Positions 55,755-64,000 of a DNA stretch of 64,000 bases are shown piece by piece. Positions within the stretch are counted from its first letter, which is position 1. Each line of letters begins with the position of its first letter. The stretch comes from Minisyncoccia bacterium (GTDB lineage Bacteria > Patescibacteriota > Minisyncoccia > Phycocordibacterales > Phycocordibacteraceae), in NCBI GenBank assembly GCA_050011835.1, contig JBEKII010000002.1:8086-72085 (forward strand), in the 5' to 3' direction. The notes beneath the pieces are model-generated. The model saw only the letters and a list, made by a program, of their open reading frames with translations, made no database searches and was not told the DNA's origin. Position numbers and translations under genes: made by a program.

Positions 55755-58337
55755 ATGCCACAACAATTTCTCCACGACGAATACGACGTACTCTCTCGAC
55801 AAAATCGAATAGATCGAACGATACCTGATTACCTCGTCTCGAACCTTAATCCCGAGTTTGTTCTACGCCCATATCAAGTCGAAGCATTCGCGCGATTCTT
55901 CGACTATCTCAAAAATTACGAAGGCAAGGAGTATCCGATACACCTACTCTTCAATATGGCCACCGGCTCAGGAAAGACCAACATCATGGCTGGGTTGATG
56001 CTATACCTCTACAAACAGGGGTATCGCAACTTTCTTTTTTTCGTCAACTCAAACACGATCATCAGCAAAACGAAGAATAGTTTTCTCAATGAATCGTCTC
56101 GTAAATACATCTTCAATCCCGCAGGAATCACAATAGATGGTAAACACATTGTTATAAGGCCGGTTTCCAACTTTGAAGATTCAAATGATCACGATATCAA
56201 CATCTGTTTTACCACATTGCAGAAACTACACGGAGATCTCACTATTGAGAAGGAAGGAATGCTTACCTATGAAGACTTCAAAAACAAAAAGGTAGTACTT
56301 CTTTCTGACGAAGCACACCACACACAAAAGCAAACAAAACAAAAGAGTCTCGGAGTTTCTTTAGAAGAGGCGAGTTGGGAGAATACCGTCGAAAAGGTAT
56401 TTCAGCAGAATGTCCACAACTTGCTGCTTGAGTTCACTGCAACGATGGATTTCGCCCATGGAGCTATCGTATCCAAATATCGTAATAAGATTCTCTACCG
56501 TTACGATCTGAAACAGTTCCGCAACGACGGGTATTCAAAGGATCCACAAATTTTATCGAGTGATACTGACAAAAACGGCCGTATGCTTCAGGCAATTATT
56601 GTTAGTCAATACAGACAAGAGGTAGCGACCGCAAATGGTATCTACCTAAAACCAGTAGTACTCTTTAAAGCGCAAAAAACCATTACGCAATCCGAAGAGA
56701 ATAAAGTACTTTTCCATAAATTAATTGGAGATCTTTCAGCCGCAGACATTAAAGAGGCACGGAGATGGAAGAATGAGGTGCTCGAGCGAGCATTTGTCTT
56801 TTTCAAGGAGCAAGGCATCACAGATTCTGTGTTAACGCGTAAACTTAAAGATGGATTTGCCGAGAGCAAATGTCTGAGTGTGAATGATGAGACACAAAAA
56901 GAACAGAACCAAATTCTTCTAAATTCGTTAGAGGATAAAGACAATCAAATACGGGCCATATTTGCCGTACAGAAGCTCAATGAAGGATGGGATGTACTCA
57001 ATCTCTTTGATATCGTCCGTTTATACGAAACACGTGACTCAAGAAACAACAAGCCCGGACCGACAACAATTGCCGAAGCGCAACTCATTGGTCGTGGTGC
57101 TCGTTATTACCCATTTGCTCTATCAAGCGAACAAGATCGCTACACACGCAAATACGACTCAAGTCTGAATAGCGAGTTGCGTATTCTCGAGGAACTTCAT
57201 TACCACTGTCATCCAGGCGATAAATCCCGTTATATAGTCGATATAACAAACGCTCTTATACAAACAGGGCTCCTAGACGAACAGGAGACAGTTCGTGAAT
57301 TACGACTTAAAGAAAGCTTCAGGGAAACTAAGTTCTATAAAAGTGGCGTGGTGTTTGCCAATGAACGCAAAAAGCGTTGTTACAATCATGTCCGATCTTT
57401 CGATCAGCTTGGCGTGAAGCGTAAGAATATTAGTTACACTGTGTTTTCTGGAATGGGAGCAGAAGAAGGAGTCTTTGCCGATAGGAAGACGCCCAAAGCG
57501 ACAGTTGCCATAAGTACAAAAGATGTAAAAGTCGCGGATATTGAACCGCATGTTGTTCGCGCAGCTCTTTCATATAACGACTTTTTTTCCTTTTCCAACT
57601 TTAAACAATACATACCCGGCATTTCCTCGCTGGCAACTTTCGCTACAGATCCCAATTATATTGCCGGCCTTAGTATTACATTTCGAGGTTCTGAACACGA
57701 TCTCGAATTTTTAGACAACAGAACAAAATTTGCGGCTCTAATGGTTCTCCTTGCAGACATAGAAGCACAAATGAAGGAAGCGTTAACAGAATATGAGGGC
57801 ACCGAAAGCTTCTTGCCACAGGCTGTCCGCCTTGTCTTTACTGACAAGAAAGTAAAAGTACGTATACCAAAAGAAACGATTTACGATGAGGGTCGTCGTG
57901 TATTTCTCGAGGACAAACCTTGGTATGTGTTCGAAACACAATACGGAACGAGCGAAGAAGATTCTCTCGTTGATCTCATCGGCCGATATGTAAGTGACTT
58001 TAAGAAAGAATTCCGTGAGGTCTATTTAGTACGCAATGAACGACAGCTGAAAATCTATAACTTTTCTGATGGTCGTGGTTTCGAGCCGGATTATCTCCTC
58101 TTTCTAATCGGTAAAAAAGGGCAAAACTACACTTACCAACTCTTTATTGAGCCAAAAGGCCAACACCTGCGAGAATATGATTTATGGAAGGATCAATTTC
58201 TTGAGGAGATACGAACTCGCTTTAAGGATAAAATCTTCACAGCTGAATCGAAGACCGGATATCGAGTTATAGGAGTACCGTTCTATAACAGCGAAAATGA
58301 AAATGAATTTGTCGAGAAAATGCTCAGTGTTTTGTAG
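55755..58337 (+). CDS. Type III restriction endonuclease Res subunit (SF2 helicase-nuclease)
   Basis: Walker A MATGSGKTN, DEAH box (LLSDEAHH), helicase motif VI (QLIGRGAR). 860 aa, starting 9 nt after mod. Confidence 0.8.
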   Translation: MPQQFLHDEYDVLSRQNRIDRTIPDYLVSNLNPEFVLRPYQVEAFARFFDYLKNYEGKEYPIHLLFNMATGSGKTNIMAGLMLYLYKQGYRNFLFFVNSNTIISKTKNSFLNESSRKYIFNPAGITIDGKHIVIRPVSNFEDSNDHDINICFTTLQKLHGDLTIEKEGMLTYEDFKNKKVVLLSDEAHHTQKQTKQKSLGVSLEEASWENTVEKVFQQNVHNLLLEFTATMDFAHGAIVSKYRNKILYRYDLKQFRNDGYSKDPQILSSDTDKNGRMLQAIIVSQYRQEVATANGIYLKPVVLFKAQKTITQSEENKVLFHKLIGDLSAADIKEARRWKNEVLERAFVFFKEQGITDSVLTRKLKDGFAESKCLSVNDETQKEQNQILLNSLEDKDNQIRAIFAVQKLNEGWDVLNLFDIVRLYETRDSRNNKPGPTTIAEAQLIGRGARYYPFALSSEQDRYTRKYDSSLNSELRILEELHYHCHPGDKSRYIVDITNALIQTGLLDEQETVRELRLKESFRETKFYKSGVVFANERKKRCYNHVRSFDQLGVKRKNISYTVFSGMGAEEGVFADRKTPKATVAISTKDVKVADIEPHVVRAALSYNDFFSFSNFKQYIPGISSLATFATDPNYIAGLSITFRGSEHDLEFLDNRTKFAALMVLLADIEAQMKEALTEYEGTESFLPQAVRLVFTDKKVKVRIPKETIYDEGRRVFLEDKPWYVFETQYGTSEEDSLVDLIGRYVSDFKKEFREVYLVRNERQLKIYNFSDGRGFEPDYLLFLIGKKGQNYTYQLFIEPKGQHLREYDLWKDQFLEEIRTRFKDKIFTAESKTGYRVIGVPFYNSENENEFVEKMLSVL

Positions 58338-58342
58338 ACTTT

Positions 58343-58474
58343 ATGGACGAGGAACTCTTTGAATTAGCAAAAGAAAACGACCTCTCACTTGATGAAGCAC
58401 AAGAGGTTCAAGATCTTGCCGATGAGCTCGGTGTGGATTTAGACGATGCGTTAGAGATTTGGCAGGCGCAATAA
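58343..58474 (+). CDS. Highly acidic 43-aa micro-ORF, translationally coupled to res (not in the ORF track because it is under 60 aa)
   Basis: ATG 6 nt after the res stop. Translation MDEELFELAKENDLSLDEAQEVQDLADELGVDLDDALEIWQAQ, with 17 of 43 residues D/E. Confidence 0.35.
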   Translation: MDEELFELAKENDLSLDEAQEVQDLADELGVDLDDALEIWQAQ

Positions 58475-59061
58475 ATCAAATAATAATGACCACCGCGACC
58501 TCCACAATTTTACTATCCAGTCCTCAATTCAATGCAATCAATGCTTCGTTGCATAGCATTGCCTTCTCGCTTCAAAATCAGTCTTTTTTGAATACGCAGC
58601 TCTTCGCGGCTGTAGTTGGTGCCGCTTTGGGGCTAATGCCTTCATTGTATTTGCTTTACAAAGATAGGCCAAGAATAAAAGTTAAAGTGGGTCACATTCT
58701 GGTCCCAATTCCATCAATCAGTCATATAGACAACGGCTTCTCGGTCGCCATCTCCAATAGTGGCAGAAGGCCGATAACAGTAGAGAGGATATTTCTTCCG
58801 TTTAAAGACGGAGAGTCGCTTGTCTTCACTAGCGAATCAAGTTTTGTAGGTGGTTCCAGCGGGTTGCCTAAAGTACTTGGCGAAGGAAATTCTCATAATG
58901 TCGCGGTTCTGGCAGGAGAGGTAGCGGAGGCCTTCTTAAGGAAACAATCCTATCCCGTCGCGGCTTGTTATGGTGATGCTCTCGGCAATGTCTACAAATG
59001 TAAGACAACACAGGAATTTTGGGACACGATGTTTAGAGTCCAAGCTAGCGATTCTAACTAG
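58459..59061 (+). CDS. Hypothetical membrane protein
   Basis: One TM helix (LFAAVVGAALGLMPSLYLLY). No recognisable domain. The start is uncertain. Confidence 0.4.
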   Translation: MAGAINQIIMTTATSTILLSSPQFNAINASLHSIAFSLQNQSFLNTQLFAAVVGAALGLMPSLYLLYKDRPRIKVKVGHILVPIPSISHIDNGFSVAISNSGRRPITVERIFLPFKDGESLVFTSESSFVGGSSGLPKVLGEGNSHNVAVLAGEVAEAFLRKQSYPVAACYGDALGNVYKCKTTQEFWDTMFRVQASDSN

Positions 59062-59083
59062 GCTCGACTGCTATACTGTTCGC

Positions 59084-59935
59084 ATGAAAGTTAATTTCTC
59101 TTCTCGCCCGGTTCAATACACCATCGTTGGAATCATCCTTATCGTCTGTCTCGGCATCACAGTTTTTGTGACAGGAAAGGAGCTCTTGAAACTTGCCGGA
59201 TCGAATCAAGACTTCACCACAGCCACAGGAGGCAAATGCAACATTGCGATTATTCCATTAGTCGGGCAGATCTTCGCTTCTCAAGCTGATGCCGATGCCC
59301 AGAACGCGTCCGACAACAGTTCAACGGTTTCTGCGGAGTATGTTCTTCAAGAAATAGAACGCGCTCAAAATGACAGATCAATCAAAGGCGTTGTTCTTCG
59401 TGTTGATTCCCCCGGAGGTTCGCCGGTTGGAGGCAGTCTCATAGCAAACGCTCTGAAAAGGTTGAATAAGCCGTCAGTTGCTCTTATTTGGGGGCAAGGC
59501 GACTCCGCTGCATATCTCGCGGCTACAGGTGCAAACACCATCATCGCTTCGCCATCATCGGACATCGGTGACATAGGTGTTACGGATTCGTATCTTGATC
59601 AAAGCGGAAAGGATATACAGGACGGTCAGAAGTTCATACAAATCGCCGCTGGCACATACAAGGACACAGGGAATCCGGACAAACCGCTCTCATCCGATGA
59701 GCAGGCGTTATTGCAACAAGAAGTAAACGAGGTGTATCAAAACTTCGTTCAAGCAGTGGCGAAGAATCGCGGGATGTCGGTTGACGCAGTTAAAGATCTT
59801 GCAGACGGAGAATCGTTTGTTGCTTCAACTGCTACAAGCACAGGTTTGATTGATTCATTGGGCGATTCCGAAACAGCACGCGTCTGGTTTCAACAAAAGT
59901 TAGGTAAATGGTCTGATCCAGTGTTGTGTGAATGA
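59084..59935 (+). CDS. sppA: Signal peptide peptidase SppA (S49 family), membrane-anchored
   Basis: Start refined to MKVNFSS. TM anchor, then an S49 fold with the catalytic Ser context (GQGDSAAYLAA) and Lys. Confidence 0.8.
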   Translation: MKVNFSSRPVQYTIVGIILIVCLGITVFVTGKELLKLAGSNQDFTTATGGKCNIAIIPLVGQIFASQADADAQNASDNSSTVSAEYVLQEIERAQNDRSIKGVVLRVDSPGGSPVGGSLIANALKRLNKPSVALIWGQGDSAAYLAATGANTIIASPSSDIGDIGVTDSYLDQSGKDIQDGQKFIQIAAGTYKDTGNPDKPLSSDEQALLQQEVNEVYQNFVQAVAKNRGMSVDAVKDLADGESFVASTATSTGLIDSLGDSETARVWFQQKLGKWSDPVLCE

Positions 59936-59982
59936 CATAACAGCAAAAACGGCAGGACCAAAATCCTGCCGTCATGCTTTTA

Positions 59983-60606
59983 CTAATTCTTGAATGACTG
60001 AATGGCAGCACTCGCCGCGTCTTTCGTGAGTTCACCTAGTTGTTCTTCCCACTGACGACGCTGACTGTCATCAGTTACTTTGACTTGAATCAGTTGGCGA
60101 AGATACTCCAACTGCTTTTCAGTCGCTGGTTCTGAAGCACTATCTCCGTAAGATTCTTCGGCTCCTGATTTGTCACGGATCAGGTCGAGAACTTTACTTG
60201 CTCGAATTGCGGCGTCAGCTAATGCACTGTTGAATGCACACGCGATAGCTCGTCCGAAGAATTTGTTAGTCGGGCCAATCATTGCGCTACCTCGTCCCTG
60301 CGAAAGCACCCTGCCGTCTTTGGTCATAGTGCAGAGGAACGAAACCAATCCGTCGACGCCCATTAAGTTGAGCGTCTGCAGATCTTCCTCGACAACTGCC
60401 TTGATAGTGTGAGTACCGAGGCACTTATCGATTTCTGATCTGATAGGATTTTCTTTGTCCTGAAGATCGTAGACTTTTGCGCGCATCAACTCAATAGGAT
60501 GCTGTGGTTTTAACTGGAACGGCGATACGACTGACACTGCTGGTTTCCGATAATAGGTCTGATTCATATTTGATGTGTTTAGGTAATAATGGTTTCGATA
60601 TTTCAA
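59983..60606 (-). CDS. Hypothetical protein
   Basis: 207-aa ORF. No recognisable motif. Confidence 0.4.
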   Translation of the reverse strand: MKYRNHYYLNTSNMNQTYYRKPAVSVVSPFQLKPQHPIELMRAKVYDLQDKENPIRSEIDKCLGTHTIKAVVEEDLQTLNLMGVDGLVSFLCTMTKDGRVLSQGRGSAMIGPTNKFFGRAIACAFNSALADAAIRASKVLDLIRDKSGAEESYGDSASEPATEKQLEYLRQLIQVKVTDDSQRRQWEEQLGELTKDAASAAIQSFKN

Positions 60607-60678
60607 TCGGTTTGACGGTTAGTTCTTTGTTAGGGTCGTAGTAACTTAAGTACATCACAAGCTTCACTCCGCTTCCGC

Positions 60679-61166
60679 TCATACCTTGGCTCGTTCAACT
60701 TGTAGGCGATAGAAGAGCAAAACAGTACGAGGTATCTTAATATCTTCTCCACGCTCGTTTTTGGCGTCTATGTAAGTAATGGAGCGTAGAGCTTTCTGAC
60801 CTTTCTTGACAGTGAATCCAAGCTTTAACCACTGCGCAAAAGTTCGGGCATTTTGATACGGATCATATCTTGCTGCCTCCGCTTCTCCCCAGCGTTCACT
60901 AATTTGATTTCTGATCATCGTGCTTGTTAGTTCCGAGCCAGTGAAAGGCGTCGCAACAAGTTCTTCAACAGACTTCATACGCATCTCTTGCGGGGAAGAA
61001 GTATCCTCTTGCACGCTTCACGCATCGCTTCTTCTCGTGATTCGCCCTCTGATAAAACTGTAATTCCATCGTTGGCGATTACTGAATAGCCGTAGATGTC
61101 AGGCAGTTCTTCGACTTCAGAAGTGTGTTCATTCCAAACACGCCGATGAATCGGTTGTATATACAT
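60679..61166 (-). pseudogene. ArdC-N-like ssDNA-binding (antirestriction/conjugation-associated) gene, split into two overlapping frames
   Basis: Track ORFs 60975..61166 and 60679..61014 overlap by 40 nt on the same strand. The downstream part contains YDPYQNARTFAQWLKLGFTVKKGQKAL, similar to the ArdC_N/DUF1738 motif (spyWlTfkQakelGgqVrKGEkg). Confidence 0.45.
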
Positions 61167-61508
61167 AATGCTTATTCTCTTAACTAATAATGACTAACGA
61201 AAACTGAGTGGTATTGAAAAGGTGGGGTGGGGGAGTTATTCACTTTAGAGTTCCAAGGAAATGGACCTCCTCATACAGTACGGTACCGGTCTGCAAGTTT
61301 GAAAAATTCTCATCACGCGATAAACTCTTCGTCTTTTAGGATTACCACCCACCATTTTCAGAATTTCATTGGCGTCTATAAATTTTTTCCAATTTTCTGA
61401 TAATTCGCTCGTCTACGCTTTGACATTTGTCAGATGAGTACTCTAGTAAAGTGAGTAGGTGGTATGAAAAGTACACAAAGTACCGTGCTTAATAGGTTCG
61501 CCCGCAGA

Positions 61509-61558
61509 GGAGTAGCGATCGCTTTCGTACCACACGAACAAGCACCGGTCGCTACTCC
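61509..61558 (+). repeat. 10-bp perfect inverted repeat (GGAGTAGCGA / TCGCTACTCC) with a 30-nt loop, upstream of the PrimPol gene
   Basis: Read directly from the sequence. Candidate ssi/origin or regulatory hairpin. Confidence 0.5.
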
Positions 61559-61581
61559 TTTGCGTTTATTCTTCATTTATT

Positions 61582-62262
61582 GTGGTTATGAATTCATCTA
61601 CAAGTACAGCAGAGATCAAAAAAGATTTAAATGAAAACAAAATCCTAGAATACGGCAAATGGTATGTGGAAGAAGGGCTCACAATTATTCCAATCGGGAG
61701 CGATGGCAAACCGCTTCTCTATTCGTGGAAGAGTTTTGCAAAGAGCGGAACTCGCGCCACGACCGAAGATGTTATTCAGTGGGTTAGACAATGGCCCGAT
61801 TTGAGATGGGGACTGGCTACCGGCAGAGGTATGGGCATTATCGTTATCCATCTGAAGTCAGAAGAAACCATCAATCAATGGCCTTCCACTGTGTGTTCAG
61901 AAACAAGCGACGGGGGTATAGATTTATTCTTCCTTCATCCGGGCATTTTTTTCCGTTCCAATGTGAAAGTCAGAAGCAAAAAAGAATTCATGCCGGACAT
62001 CGATGTCATCGGCGAAGATGACTATGTGATTTTGCCGTTATCGTTGAGTAGCGGAGAACTTCCTTGTGAAGGATGGATCAGCGCGCCCGATGATACTTAT
62101 TACGCCGGAATTCCAGATGATATCCGCTCCTTAATTCTTGAGGATCCGGACTGCATTCTTACGGAAGTGCCGGAAGGTGTTCCGCTTCCTGAAGTGAAAG
62201 GAAGGAACGGCAGCGTTGATAAAAGAATTGCGAGGATAACAGGAACGGAGTATGAGCAATGA
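61582..62262 (+). CDS. Bifunctional DNA primase/polymerase (PrimPol, AEP-fold) N-terminal domain protein
   Basis: LTIIPIGSDGKPLLYSWKSF...WGLATGRGMGIIVIHLKS...GGIDLFFLHPG...IDVIGEDDYVILPLS matches the Prim-Pol (bifunctional primase-polymerase) pattern. Confidence 0.7.
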   Translation: MVMNSSTSTAEIKKDLNENKILEYGKWYVEEGLTIIPIGSDGKPLLYSWKSFAKSGTRATTEDVIQWVRQWPDLRWGLATGRGMGIIVIHLKSEETINQWPSTVCSETSDGGIDLFFLHPGIFFRSNVKVRSKKEFMPDIDVIGEDDYVILPLSLSSGELPCEGWISAPDDTYYAGIPDDIRSLILEDPDCILTEVPEGVPLPEVKGRNGSVDKRIARITGTEYEQ

Positions 62263-63718
62263 ATATAAGCCGAGAGAATCGTCGGCCATAAAGATTGTAA
62301 ACATGGTGCTGGAAAATCCCGGCATCATCCTATTCAGCGATGAGTACGGCGTTGCCCATGTAAAATTTCCGGTCGGCGGTCATTCAGAAATATGGCCGTG
62401 CAAAAGCAGCGCCTTCACTCGTTGGATCAGCGGCGAGTACTACCAATTCACTCACGGGAAAACCATAGCGGGTCGAGAAAGCACAAAAGACGCTTGTAAT
62501 CTTCTTGAAGCGTGGGCTGTCAATAAAGGAAAAGAACACAAGCTCTATAATCGCATCGGAGAAACATCGGATGCGACTTGGTACGACTTAGGCGACGAAG
62601 AATGGCGGGCGGTAAGAATAACAAAAAGCGGCTGGGAAATCGTGACAGATGTTCCAATTCTATTTCGCAGATTCTCGCATCTTGCTCCTCAAGTAGCTCC
62701 AGCGAGAAACGGTTCGGTGAAAGATATTTTGCAGTTCGTAAATGTTACCAGCCCGGAACAGCAGACGCTCTTCCTCGTTCACTTGGTATCCATGTTCATA
62801 CCCGGATGGCCACACCCGGCGCTCTATGTGTATGGTTCACAAGGTTCTGCGAAGTCCACCCTAATCCGTATTGATCGTAAGTTGATCGATCCGTCTAAGA
62901 TTGAAGTGGTGGGGCTGACTCGCCACGAGAAGGAATTGGCTCAGCAGTTAGGCCACCATGCCTTTCTCGCTTTAGACAATGTTTCAGATATGCCTGATTG
63001 GATCGCCGATATTCTCTGTCGTGCAATCACAGGCTCCGGCTTCAGCAAGCGCGAACTTTATTCAGACGATTCCGATATCATTCGTCATGTGATGGCGAAT
63101 ATCGGAATTAACGGAATCAACATCGCGTCCAATCGCGGCGACTTGCTTGAACGCAGTCTTTTACTGAAACTAGAACGCGTAAGCAAAGGGGATAGGAAAC
63201 AGGAACACGAACTTATGGCTGACTTCGAGCTAGCACGCCCGAAGATTCTTGGTGCCATTTTTGATGCTGTGGCGAAAGCAACGGCGATAAGACCATCCAT
63301 CAAAGTGGACGAGCTGCCGCGTATGGCAGATTTCGCTTTGTGGGGTTGCGCCGTCTCCGAAGCATTGGGAATTGGGCAAAAAGCGTTTCTCGACGCGTAC
63401 TTTCGAAATATAGGAAATCAGAGCGAGGAAATGATCAGCGGCAATACTGTCGCAACGATTCTAGTTAGCATCGTTGATTCTCATTACGGAGAATTTCCAT
63501 GCGAGAATCCTACGGAGCTTTTCAAGGCTTTCAAGGATCGCGCCTTTACAGAGCAGATCATGGATCACCGTCTTCCGGCTAATCCAGCGGCTTTTATGCG
63601 TGAACTAAATCGCATCAAAACCCCGCTTGAGGAAATGGGGTATCAAATTCAAACCAATAGCGATCGCAGCATAACCATTCGAAAAATCACAGCGGAACCT
63701 GAAGCGCCGTCGTCGTAA
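62252..63718 (+). CDS. P-loop NTPase of the phage/plasmid primase C-terminal (P4/D5-like SF3 helicase) type
   Basis: Overlaps PrimPol by 11 nt. Walker A YGSQGSAKST, Walker B-like LALDNVSD. The domain order matches PrimPol-helicase replication proteins of mobile elements. Confidence 0.6.
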   Translation: MSNEYKPRESSAIKIVNMVLENPGIILFSDEYGVAHVKFPVGGHSEIWPCKSSAFTRWISGEYYQFTHGKTIAGRESTKDACNLLEAWAVNKGKEHKLYNRIGETSDATWYDLGDEEWRAVRITKSGWEIVTDVPILFRRFSHLAPQVAPARNGSVKDILQFVNVTSPEQQTLFLVHLVSMFIPGWPHPALYVYGSQGSAKSTLIRIDRKLIDPSKIEVVGLTRHEKELAQQLGHHAFLALDNVSDMPDWIADILCRAITGSGFSKRELYSDDSDIIRHVMANIGINGINIASNRGDLLERSLLLKLERVSKGDRKQEHELMADFELARPKILGAIFDAVAKATAIRPSIKVDELPRMADFALWGCAVSEALGIGQKAFLDAYFRNIGNQSEEMISGNTVATILVSIVDSHYGEFPCENPTELFKAFKDRAFTEQIMDHRLPANPAAFMRELNRIKTPLEEMGYQIQTNSDRSITIRKITAEPEAPSS

Positions 63719-63727
63719 GACGCGATA

Positions 63728-63869
63728 CAGCGATTGCAGCCATTTGTGGGCATCTTGCAGGGAACTGCACAACCCATCTGTCCGTTAAGAAGAAGAATTA
63801 AGAGGCACCGGTGATCATCTGTGGTCATTTGCTGCTCGTACGGGTACCCACAAATGGCTGTAATCGCTG
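63728..63869. repeat. 23-bp near-perfect inverted repeat (CAGCGATTGCAGCCATTTGTGGG / CCCACAAATGGCTGTAATCGCTG, 22/23 matching) flanking a 96-bp core
   Basis: Read directly from the sequence. The core contains a TGCAG-GGAA-CTGCA hairpin. It lies immediately after the helicase stop, at the window edge. Confidence 0.6.
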
Positions 63870-64000
63870 CGATAGCAGATAAAACCATTGACAATGAAAA
63901 TCGCAAGAATACAATATGGTCGTGTGGGATGAATCCTGCATTGTTCTAACTAGCACTATTTTTGTACATGTCTTGTATATGTCCCTCTACTGTAATATTG

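Larger units (their letters stand above)
53292..64000. mobile_element. Putative horizontally acquired island (integrative or plasmid-derived element). The right boundary lies beyond the window.
   Basis: Visibly lower GC than the ribosomal core. Cargo is a Type III R-M pair, an ArdC-like gene, and a PrimPol + SF3-helicase replication module with terminal inverted repeats. It is preceded by a 540-bp gene-free gap after secG. Confidence 0.45.

Noticed and set aside
59084-59935. SppA (S49) interpreted as a phage prohead protease, which would make the island a prophage
   Set aside because: It has the N-terminal TM anchor and length typical of cellular membrane SppA. No capsid, portal or terminase genes are nearby.
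1-64000. CRISPR arrays and rRNA genes
   Set aside because: No regularly spaced direct repeats and no 16S/23S/5S signatures were seen anywhere in the window.

Overview
This 64-kb window looks like a compact, gene-dense bacterial chromosome segment, most likely from a Candidate Phyla Radiation / Patescibacteria-like organism. That lineage call is an inference. It rests on the absence of rpmD (L30) between rpsE and rplO, Lys/Ala-rich terminal extensions on ribosomal proteins, tRNA genes with no encoded CCA sitting beside a cca gene, and many small secreted or membrane hypothetical proteins. The core is a near-complete rpsL-rpsG-fusA-tuf / S10 / spc ribosomal super-operon (about 20.9–36.6 kb, plus strand). 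It ends abnormally: an orphan receiver-domain gene sits between secY and adk, and after map the operon stops with ndk instead of infA-rpmJ-rpsM-rpsK-rpsD-rpoA-rplQ. Other housekeeping genes are cca, xth, xerC/D-type recombinase, rpsO, a UvrD/PcrA helicase, rsmA, the infC-rpmI-rplT operon, RNase J plus a second beta-CASP nuclease, secG, adk, map, nth and a mutY-like glycosylase. Three compositionally distinct AT-richer accessory segments stand out. (i) At the left edge, a 5'-truncated large serine recombinase abuts tRNA-Gly(GCC), followed by an AT-rich two-gene cargo and tRNA-Arg(TCG). (ii) At 14.1–20.9 kb there is a run of signal-peptide proteins and a VirB6/TrbL-like polytopic membrane protein. 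(iii) The right-hand 10.7 kb (about 53.3–64.0 kb) is a putative mobile/defence island. It carries a Type III restriction-modification pair (Mod, Res), an acidic micro-ORF, SppA, a frameshifted ArdC-N-like gene, a PrimPol plus P-loop primase/helicase replication module, and a terminal 23-bp inverted repeat. No rRNA genes and no CRISPR array were seen. Several candidate structured RNAs or leaders and a comM/yifB pseudogene remnant are also reported. CDS coordinates follow the supplied ORF track, with start codons refined where a canonical N-terminus or Shine-Dalgarno was visible. Features I located by hand (tRNAs, hairpins, repeats) should be taken as ±3 nt.
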